A stretch of 64,000 nt of DNA from assembly GCA_934796165.1 (NCBI GenBank), contig CAKVOU010000001.1, positions 78,752-142,751 on the forward strand, given 5' to 3'. Both the position numbers and the translations under genes were made by a program. The notes below the pieces were generated by a model. That model made no database searches. It worked only from the letters and a program-made list of their open reading frames with translations, and was not told the DNA's origin. Of this stretch, positions 57,473 to 64,000 are shown piece by piece; position 1 is the first letter of the stretch; each line of letters opens with the position of its first letter. The stretch comes from an uncultured Eubacteriales bacterium. GTDB lineage: Bacteria > Bacillota > Clostridia > Oscillospirales > CAG-272.

Positions 57473-58486
57473 TCAGAACTGCTCAAGGAACCGGATATCG
57501 TTGTCGTAGAACATCCGGATGTCGTCGATGTGATACTTGAGCATGGCAATACGTTCAATGCCCATGCCGAACGCAAAGCCGGAGTAAACATCGGGGTCAA
57601 TGCCGCAGTTGCGGAGCACGTTGGGGTGTACCATGCCCGCGCCGAGGATTTCGATCCAGCCCTCGTTCTTGCACAGCCGGCAGCCCTTGCCGCCGCAGAC
57701 AAAGCAGGAGACATCCACCTCGGCGGACGGCTCCGTGAAGGGGAAGTGGTGCGGGCGGAAGCGGATACGGGTATCCTCGCCGAACTCGGTCTTTGCGAAG
57801 GTCTCAAGGATGCCCTTGAGGTCGCTCATGGCAATTCCCTTGTCCACGACAAGTCCCTCAAACTGATGGAAGAGCGGGGAATGGGTTGCGTCCATGGTGT
57901 CCGAGCGGTACACGCGTCCGGGGGAAATGATGCGGATCGGCGGCTTCTGCTTTTCCATAACCCGCGCCTGAACGGGCGAGGTCTGGGAGCGGAGCAGGAT
58001 CTTGTCGGTGATGTAGAAGGTGTCCTGCGTGTCGCGCGCCGGATGATCGGGCGGAATGTTGAGCGCCTGGAAGTTGTAGTAGTCGTATTCGACCTCGGGA
58101 CCTTCGGCAATGGAGAAGCCCATGCCGATGAAGATGTCTTCGAGATCGCGCTGTACCAGCGTGAGCGGGTGGATGTGCCCCATTGCGGGAGCCTTGCCCG
58201 GCATGGTGACGTCCAGCTTTTCCGAGCGAAGCTTTACCTCAAGGGCGCGTTCCTTCATCTTTTCGGCACGTTTTGCGATTGCCTCTTCGATGTTTGCCCG
58301 CACCTCGTTTGCAAGCTGCCCGATGACGGGGCGCTCTTCGGCAGAGAGGGAACCCATGCCGCGGAGTACCGCGGTAAGCTCACCCTTCTTGCCGAGATAC
58401 CTGACGCGGATCTGCTCGAGATCCGCCTTGTCGTCCGCGATCTGGGAGAGCGCGTCCGATTTCAGTTTTGCAAGAATTTCTTTCAT
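57473..58486 (-). CDS. pheS: phenylalanine--tRNA ligase alpha subunit
   Basis: 337 aa, ...[11 protein letters not shown]...[15 protein letters not shown]...[10 protein letters not shown]... Confidence 0.95.
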   Translation of the reverse strand: MKEILAKLKSDALSQIADDKADLEQIRVRYLGKKGELTAVLRGMGSLSAEERPVIGQLANEVRANIEEAIAKRAEKMKERALEVKLRSEKLDVTMPGKAPAMGHIHPLTLVQRDLEDIFIGMGFSIAEGPEVEYDYYNFQALNIPPDHPARDTQDTFYITDKILLRSQTSPVQARVMEKQKPPIRIISPGRVYRSDTMDATHSPLFHQFEGLVVDKGIAMSDLKGILETFAKTEFGEDTRIRFRPHHFPFTEPSAEVDVSCFVCGGKGCRLCKNEGWIEILGAGMVHPNVLRNCGIDPDVYSGFAFGMGIERIAMLKYHIDDIRMFYDNDIRFLEQF

Positions 58487-58543
58487 AACGGTATACAGTT
58501 TCCTTTCTTGTGAAAGTAAAAATTTTCATGTGTCAGCGGGGGG

Positions 58544-58797
58544 CAAAACAAAAAACATCCCGTCCTGTTTTTACAGGACGGGATGAAAAATTCATTCCGC
58601 GGTACCACCCGTATTTCGGCAAAAGCCAACACTTTCGCGGCAGGTAACGGTGCCATCCGTGACCCGCTACCGAACACCTTCACGGGTCATGCTCCGAAGC
58701 GAAGGGCAGTATCCGAATCTACGTGACCGCTTTCAGCCTGAGGACGGTCTCTCTGTGACGCAGACGGTCGGAACGCCGACTTCATCAATGCATTTCT
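58544..58797 (-). promoter_or_regulatory. T-box riboswitch leader (Phe specifier) with terminator
   Basis: Minus strand shows AGAGAG and GCTGAAAGC stem I elements. Specifier loop reads ...CCC-TTC-G (TTC is the complement of 58701-58703). T-box core GGGTGGTACCGCG is the complement of 58598-58610. Terminator is CATCCCGTCCTGT-aaaa-ACAGGACGGGATG plus TTTTTTGTTTT. Confidence 0.85.
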
Positions 58798-58803
58798 TTT
58801 TAC

Positions 58804-58831
58804 AGTATAACACATTCCGCGGGAAAATCAA
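58804..58831 (-). promoter_or_regulatory. possible promoter of the pheST leader
   Basis: Minus strand shows TTGATT, 16 nt, TATACT, with TGTGT in the -16 region. Confidence 0.45.
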
Positions 58832-58838
58832 GTGGTTT

Positions 58839-60326
58839 TCAAATATTTTCTGCCGGGACCATTGCTTTTTTCCTGAGCGCATCCATGACGATGTTGTGCT
58901 CGGAAAACGGCAGATACTGTCCTGCGACAAGCTGGTAGGTCTCATGTCCTTTGCCGACGAGCGCGAGGATGTCGCCCGGGCGGAGCCGCCGGATCGCTTC
59001 CCGTATCGCTTCTTCGCGGTCGGGAATACTGACATACGGACAGCTGCCCTCCGGGAATGCGACGGCGATTTCCGCAATGATATGGCTCGGCAACTCATTG
59101 TCGGGGTTGTCCGACGTCAGAATGCACAGATCTGCGCGGGGACCTGCCGCTTCTGCCAATTCGCGCCGACGGATGCGGGTCCTGCCGCCGACCGAGCCGA
59201 ACAGGCAGATGAGACGGTTCGGATGGTACGCGCGGAGCGCGTCAAGCAGGGAGGACAGGCTTACCCCGTTGTGCGCGTAGTCAATGATGACAGAAGCACC
59301 GTCCGGCGTTTCGATCAGCTCAAAGCGACCGGGAATGGAGACATTCGCAAGTACCTTTGCACACGCCGCGGGAGAAACGCCGAACAAGCCCGCCGCGGCG
59401 ACCGCGCACATCGCGTTGTACATACTGAATCTGCCGGGGAACGGAATTTTAAAATCGGTTGTGTGACCGTCCTTTTCGCGTACGGAAAACCGGATGCCCA
59501 TCCAGGAACCCTCGCGCAGAAGCGAGAAGTCCTCGCCGGAATAGTCAGCGCCGGGATCTGCGGAAACCGTGAGGAGTCTGCCGTGAAAATCTTCCGTCAT
59601 GTAAGCGGCAAACGGGTCGTCGCCGTTGACGATGACGGTCGTGGCGCCGTAATCGGAAAACAGACGTTTCTTGCAGTCTCTGTAATGATTGAAATCGGGA
59701 TGCTCACGTGGACCGATGTGGTCGGGAGACAGGTTTGTGAAGATGCAGGTGCGGAAGGTCAGACCGCGGATCCTTTGCATCAGGATTGCCTGAGAGGATA
59801 CCTCGATCGCCACGGCGCGTATGCCGGCATTGTGCATTTCCGAGAGATACCGGTAAAGCTCAGGCGCTTCGGGGGTGGTGTTGTGGGTCTCTTCTTTGCG
59901 CCCCGCGTACTGTACCCCGTTGGTGCCGATGTATCCCGCAGGGATGCCGTTGTCGTCCAGCAGGCGACGGGTCAGGATGGCAACCGAGGTTTTTCCCTTG
60001 GTGCCGGTGATGCCGATCAGATGCATATCCCGTTCGGGATGTCCGTAATAATTGCCGGAGATCAGCGCCATATCCCGGCGTACATCGTCGGAAAACAGGA
60101 TCAGCGCGTCGGGGGGCAGGGTGATGGGACGCTGTACCAGAAACAGGCGACAGCCGTGTGTGTACGCCGCAGGGGCGAAATTGTGACCGTCGGATACCGT
60201 GCCGACAAGACAAAAAAACAGAACGCCGTCCCGGGCAAGCCGGGAGTCGTGGCAAAGTCCCCGGACGTCCGGATTCTCCTCCGGCATGGCAATATCGGTT
60301 CCCAAAAGCAGGTCGGAAAGCAGCAT
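58839..60326 (-). CDS. murE: UDP-N-acetylmuramoyl-tripeptide synthetase (MurE family)
   Basis: 495 aa, GITGTKGKTS, DYAHNG, GKGHETYQ. The position of the meso-DAP-specifying DNPR motif reads DNPD. Confidence 0.88.
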   Translation of the reverse strand: MLLSDLLLGTDIAMPEENPDVRGLCHDSRLARDGVLFFCLVGTVSDGHNFAPAAYTHGCRLFLVQRPITLPPDALILFSDDVRRDMALISGNYYGHPERDMHLIGITGTKGKTSVAILTRRLLDDNGIPAGYIGTNGVQYAGRKEETHNTTPEAPELYRYLSEMHNAGIRAVAIEVSSQAILMQRIRGLTFRTCIFTNLSPDHIGPREHPDFNHYRDCKKRLFSDYGATTVIVNGDDPFAAYMTEDFHGRLLTVSADPGADYSGEDFSLLREGSWMGIRFSVREKDGHTTDFKIPFPGRFSMYNAMCAVAAAGLFGVSPAACAKVLANVSIPGRFELIETPDGASVIIDYAHNGVSLSSLLDALRAYHPNRLICLFGSVGGRTRIRRRELAEAAGPRADLCILTSDNPDNELPSHIIAEIAVAFPEGSCPYVSIPDREEAIREAIRRLRPGDILALVGKGHETYQLVAGQYLPFSEHNIVMDALRKKAMVPAENI

Positions 60327-60346
60327 GAGGTCCTCCTTTTTTCAGT

Positions 60347-61105
60347 TCATTCCGCCGGAGAAGGGACGCGCAAAAACCAGTCCGGGAATCCGACGGGAGT
60401 TTTGTGGCAGGCAAGAATGGTTTTGTGGGCAAGGATTTCCAAGGAATCCGCAAAGACCGACGGATCGGGACGAGCGGCTTTGCCGATCAGCGACAGCTCG
60501 GTACAGCCGAGCACCAGCCGGTCGCAGCCGTCTTTCCGGAGATGCCCGCAAACGCGGGAAAACGCTTCCGTGTCCGGAGCGTCGCCGCGCTTGATCTGCC
60601 CGTAGATCAGATGATTCAATGTTTTCTGATCTGCGTCGCACGGGACCGCGTAGCCGATCCCATACCGCTCCGCGACGCTCTTGTACGCGCCGGAACGGAC
60701 GGTGCCCTCGGTTGCCAGCACGCCGATTTTGCGGGTGCCGCTCTGCGCGAGCATTTTCACGGTTTCTTCAATGATATTGATGACGGGAACCGAGACCGCT
60801 TCTCTGATCTGACGATAGAAAAAATGCGCGGTGTTGCAGGGAATCGCGATGAGCGTTGCCCCGGCACGTTCCAGCCGTCTCGCCTCTTCGCACATGACGG
60901 GGGCGGGATCCTCTTCCGATTCCCCCAGAATAAACGCGGTACGGTCGGGAGTGGATGCCCGGCTCGATAAGATCAGGTCAATGTGATCGCTGTCTTTTTT
61001 TGCGGCGGTGTGCGCGGTCAGAAGCTCGTAAAAATAAACCGAAGCCATCGGACCAAGCCCCCCGAGAATGCCGAGCAGCTCGTGCTTTGATTCATGCGGC
61101 ATCAT
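60347..61105 (-). CDS. aspartate racemase family protein
   Basis: 252 aa, LGILGGLGPMAS..., with two catalytic Cys contexts IPCNTAH and LGCTELS. Confidence 0.8.
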   Translation of the reverse strand: MMPHESKHELLGILGGLGPMASVYFYELLTAHTAAKKDSDHIDLILSSRASTPDRTAFILGESEEDPAPVMCEEARRLERAGATLIAIPCNTAHFFYRQIREAVSVPVINIIEETVKMLAQSGTRKIGVLATEGTVRSGAYKSVAERYGIGYAVPCDADQKTLNHLIYGQIKRGDAPDTEAFSRVCGHLRKDGCDRLVLGCTELSLIGKAARPDPSVFADSLEILAHKTILACHKTPVGFPDWFLRVPSPAE

Positions 61106-61488
61106 TCCTGCCTCCTTCCGGTCGGGACCCGGCAGAACGGTATTCCCATGGGATCGTTTGTTTTAGCGCAGATATAATACTCCTCCAAAAAGCGGCGGTT
61201 TTCCTCGACGAAGCGCCGGAAATCCGGCGTACAGGGTACAAGACAAAGAATCCTGTCCTCCTCCGCTTCGGCGATGGAGGCAAGCAGGTCACAAAGGAAG
61301 GGAAGCTCTTCTTTTGCAAGGCGGCGGACCCGAACGGGGAAAATCGCGGGAAGAAACGGATGGGAATGCAGCGTCAGCGCGAGCGGAACGACTCCATCTG
61401 ACTGCCCGATTGCGGCAATGCTCCGGATCAACCCGATCCCGTCGCCGAGCAGGACCGGCAGAAGCATCTCTTTCATGATTTCCTGCAC
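61102..61488 (-). CDS. hypothetical protein, possibly a stand-alone or truncated pre-ATP-grasp domain
   Basis: 128 aa. 4-bp overlap with the racemase start. LLPVLLGDGIGLIRSIAAIG and ILCLVPCTPDFRRFVEENRRFLEEYY resemble by eye the N-terminal region of carboxylate-amine (D-Asp) ligases. Confidence 0.45.
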   Translation of the reverse strand: MQEIMKEMLLPVLLGDGIGLIRSIAAIGQSDGVVPLALTLHSHPFLPAIFPVRVRRLAKEELPFLCDLLASIAEAEEDRILCLVPCTPDFRRFVEENRRFLEEYYICAKTNDPMGIPFCRVPTGRRQE

Positions 61489-61673
61489 ACACTCGCCCCC
61501 GTTTCTCCCGATTTTCCAAAAAAATCAGATACTTTCCAGAATATTGTAACACATTTTTCTGCAAAATGGAAGTCTTCTCTGAAGTTTTCCGCCGGGAAAA
61601 TTCGCGTTTTGCTTGCAAATCCGCACGGCAGGGCGTATAATGAAACAAAACAGCCGGAAGTGAGGCGAGACTT

Positions 61674-62261
61674 TTGAAAAAAGAAACCGTATACCGCGTG
61701 TTTTCCCATCTTCCGACCCTGGAAACCGACCGGCTGATTCTGCGCCGGATGGCGGTCACGGACGCGGAGGATATGTTTGCCTACGCGAAAAATGAGGAGA
61801 CCACCCGCTACCTGACGTGGTACCCGCACCGGGACGTGAACTATACCCGCGAATACCTGCGGTATATCGGGCAGCGCTACCGCGTCGGTTCGTTTTACGA
61901 CTGGGCGTTGGAGTGGAAGCAGGATCACCGCATGATCGGGACCTGCGGTTTTACCTCGTTTGATTTCCCGAACAACCGGGGGGAGATCGGGTACGTCATC
62001 AACCCCGCGTACCGCGGGCAGGGGATTGCGCCGGAGGCTTGCCGCGCGGTGATGACCTTCGGATTTACGGAGCTGGGACTGCACCGTATCGAAGCACGGT
62101 ACATCACGGGAAACGACGCGTCGGAGCACGTGATGGAGAAATTGGGTATGAAGCCGGAGGGCGTGAGCCGCGGAGCAATGCTCATCAAGGGGCAGTACCG
62201 CGACATCGGCATTTGCGCGATCTTGCGCGATGAGTTTCTCGCCGGAAAAAAGTCTGAATAA
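61674..62261 (+). CDS. GNAT family N-acetyltransferase (RimJ/RimL-like)
   Basis: 195 aa from TTG 61674. LETDRLILRRM...EIGYVINPAYRGQGIAPEA...LHRIEA... Confidence 0.8.
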   Translation: MKKETVYRVFSHLPTLETDRLILRRMAVTDAEDMFAYAKNEETTRYLTWYPHRDVNYTREYLRYIGQRYRVGSFYDWALEWKQDHRMIGTCGFTSFDFPNNRGEIGYVINPAYRGQGIAPEACRAVMTFGFTELGLHRIEARYITGNDASEHVMEKLGMKPEGVSRGAMLIKGQYRDIGICAILRDEFLAGKKSE

Positions 62262-62351
62262 AGTGTGCTTGGCGTGTCAATCCTTTCCGCGAAGATCTTT
62301 TGCGGCGACAAACGGAATTCCGCAAAGAGTTCAGGAAAGGAAGGGATCCCT

Positions 62352-62915
62352 ATGGCAACCTATACAAAGCAGGGCGTTGATGTGGAAACGCTTCGCGGCA
62401 CCGAAACCGAAAAGAATCTGCACACGGCGCTGAGCGGGGAATCGCAGGCGTATCTCCGGTACAAGTGGTTTGAAGCCAAAGCGAAAAGCGACGGGTATGT
62501 GGAAATTGCCCGTATTTTTCAGGAGACGGCGGAGAACGAAAAGGAGCACGCGGAGATCTGGTTCCGCTATCTCGGCGGCTGGAGCGCGACCGAGCGCAAC
62601 CTGGATGCCGCGGCGGGCGGCGAGCATTTCGAGTGGGCGACCATGTACAAGGAATTTGAGGAGACCGCGAGGAAAGAGGGCTTTGACACCATTGCCGATC
62701 TGTTTTCCCGCGTTGCCTCCATTGAGAAAATGCACGAGGAACGCTATATGAAGTACCTTGATGAGGTGCGGCGCGGCGACAGTTTCCGGTCGGATACGGA
62801 AACAAAATGGATCTGCCTCAACTGCGGGTATGTCGTGACCGGCAAAGAGCCGCCCGCGATCTGCCCGGTCTGCTCTCACCCCGAAGGGTATTTTGCAAGG
62901 CAAGAACGATCATAA
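62352..62915 (+). CDS. rbr: rubrerythrin
   Basis: ORF 62265-62915. Preferred start is ATG 62352. Diiron four-helix motifs (EKNLHTALSGESQAYLRY, EKEHAEIW, EKMHEERY) plus C-terminal rubredoxin-like CLNCG...CPVC. Confidence 0.9.
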   Translation: MATYTKQGVDVETLRGTETEKNLHTALSGESQAYLRYKWFEAKAKSDGYVEIARIFQETAENEKEHAEIWFRYLGGWSATERNLDAAAGGEHFEWATMYKEFEETARKEGFDTIADLFSRVASIEKMHEERYMKYLDEVRRGDSFRSDTETKWICLNCGYVVTGKEPPAICPVCSHPEGYFARQERS

Positions 62916-62959
62916 GATACCGGCACAAACGCGCAGCGTTTGTGCCGGTATCTTTGTTT
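62916..62959 (+). terminator. rho-independent terminator after rubrerythrin
   Basis: GATACCGGCACAAACG-cgcag-CGTTTGTGCCGGTATC followed by TTTGTTT. Confidence 0.75.
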
Positions 62960-63144
62960 CCCGGAAGGCCGACCCTTTCTCCGCGTCCCGGTCAGGTCCG
63001 CGTTTTCCGGTACACGTAAATGCTCCTGCTCTTGATCCGGAGAGAAGACGCGCACTGCCCGGCGGTCTTCCCTCGGGCGGCAACTGCCGGAGCGCCTTGC
63101 TCCCGTCCCGCTCAAATTTTGCGGGAAAAGATCCCTTTGCCTTC

Positions 63145-63173
63145 TTGCTATTCCCGGCGGAATGTGCTAAAAT
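63145..63173 (+). promoter_or_regulatory. possible promoter of the helicase gene
   Basis: TTGCTA, 17 nt, TAAAAT, with TGTGC in the -16 region. Confidence 0.45.
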
Positions 63174-63209
63174 AAAGTATATTTTGAAGGATAGAAACGG
63201 GGATAGCAA

Positions 63210-64000
63210 ATGTCTGTCGCAGAAAGATATCTGAATGTCAAACGGGCGTTGTTTGAGCGGGCGTATTCCGACCTCAACGAACGCCAGAGGGAAGCGGTGT
63301 TCCGGACAGAGGGACCGCTTCTGGTGCTTGCGGGGGCGGGAAGCGGAAAAACGACGGTGTTGGTGCGCCGCGTTGCTTTTATCCTCCGCTTCGGAAACGC
63401 GTACCATTCGGACGAGGTTCCTTACGGCGTGACCGAGGAGAGCGTGGCGGAACTGGAACAGGCGCTGACGCTCCCGCCCGCGGAGATTTTTCCGATCCTT
63501 GACCGCTTTGCGGTTGGTGCCTGCCCGCCGTGGCGGATGCTCGCCATCACCTTTACCAACAAAGCGGCAAATGAGATCAAAACACGGCTTGCGGCGGCGC
63601 TCGGCGACCTGCCCGGCGTCGGCGATATCTGGGCGGGTACCTTCCACTCGATCTGTATGCGCATCCTGCGTCAGCACGGCGACAAGGTCGGCTACGGGCG
63701 GGATTTTTCGGTGTACGATACCGACGACACCAAGCGCGCGATCCTCTCGGTCATGAAGGCGGAGAGAATTGAAGAAAAGGCGTTCCCCGTCAAGAGCGTG
63801 ATGAACGCGATCGGCAGAGCCAAGGATAAACTGGAGACGCCGGACGACATGGCGGAGCACGCGCGGGATTTCCGGGAAAAGCAGATCGCGCGGATCTACC
63901 GCGGGTACGCCGAACGGCTGAGGGCATCCAACGCGTTGGATTTTGATGACATCATCATGCAGACGGTGTTCCTGCTCCGCGATTTTCCCGAGGTGCGGGA
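63210..64000 (+). CDS. pcrA: ATP-dependent DNA helicase PcrA/UvrD family, N-terminal part (continues past window)
   Basis: Not in the ORF track because it has no stop in the window. Hand translation from ATG 63210 gives MSVAERYLNVKRALFERAYSDLNERQREAVFRTEGPLLVLAGAGSGKTTVLVRRVAF...ITFTNKAANEIKTRL (UvrD motifs I and Ia). Confidence 0.85.
   Translation, partial: MSVAERYLNVKRALFERAYSDLNERQREAVFRTEGPLLVLAGAGSGKTTVLVRRVAFILRFGNAYHSDEVPYGVTEESVAELEQALTLPPAEIFPILDRFAVGACPPWRMLAITFTNKAANEIKTRLAAALGDLPGVGDIWAGTFHSICMRILRQHGDKVGYGRDFSVYDTDDTKRAILSVMKAERIEEKAFPVKSVMNAIGRAKDKLETPDDMAEHARDFREKQIARIYRGYAERLRASNALDFDDIIMQTVFLLRDFPEVR

Noticed and set aside
54905-58513. 1202-aa plus-strand ORF
   Set aside because: Antisense shadow of pheT/pheS in GC-rich DNA. 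The product is Gly/Arg/His/Val-rich with no motifs, whereas the minus-strand genes are unmistakable PheRS subunits.
58650-60605. 651-aa plus-strand ORF
   Set aside because: Antisense shadow of murE and the racemase gene. It also runs across the T-box leader.

Overview
GC-rich chromosomal segment with the hallmarks of a spore-forming Clostridia-type Firmicute: SpoIVA, a CIRCE/HrcA-controlled hrcA-grpE-dnaK-dnaJ operon, a Phe T-box leader and an IspH-S1 fusion. The taxonomic placement is inference. Most of the window is densely packed housekeeping genes. These include cmk-plsC-ispH/S1, smpB-ssrA, a GH31 glycosidase, glycerate kinase, spoIVA, a YhaO/YhaN-like nuclease/ATPase pair and a dlt-like acylation cassette. 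Further along are recO, mutS2, metY-metA, truB/trmB/ychF, a two-component system, rpe-ispF-ispD-rpiB-tsaB-tsaE, pheST, murE, rubrerythrin and the start of pcrA. The outstanding anomaly is a roughly 2.7-kb AT-rich islet (about 4858-7560) directly downstream of the tmRNA gene. It is preceded by a 141-bp tandem duplication of the ssrA-distal flank. The islet has its own consensus promoter and two ORFs: a 135-aa double zinc-ribbon protein and a 645-aa protein. The 645-aa protein ends in an RNxxxH (HEPN-like) motif and has a second, looser Rx5H motif. I rate this a candidate orphan defence or toxin module, with no integrase, cas genes or CRISPR array. Other items worth a second look are listed here.
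- A 4 x 124-bp GC-rich hairpin-bearing tandem array upstream of hrcA.
- A membrane protein with five or more exact-length 34-aa repeats.
- A TrmB-nitroreductase fusion.
- A dlt-like cassette whose SGNH-like member has Cys where the nucleophile Ser is expected.
- A murE / Asp-racemase / truncated pre-ATP-grasp cluster with a non-canonical DNPD motif.
All calls rest on reading the translated ORFs and sequence motifs by eye. No database search or folding computation was run.
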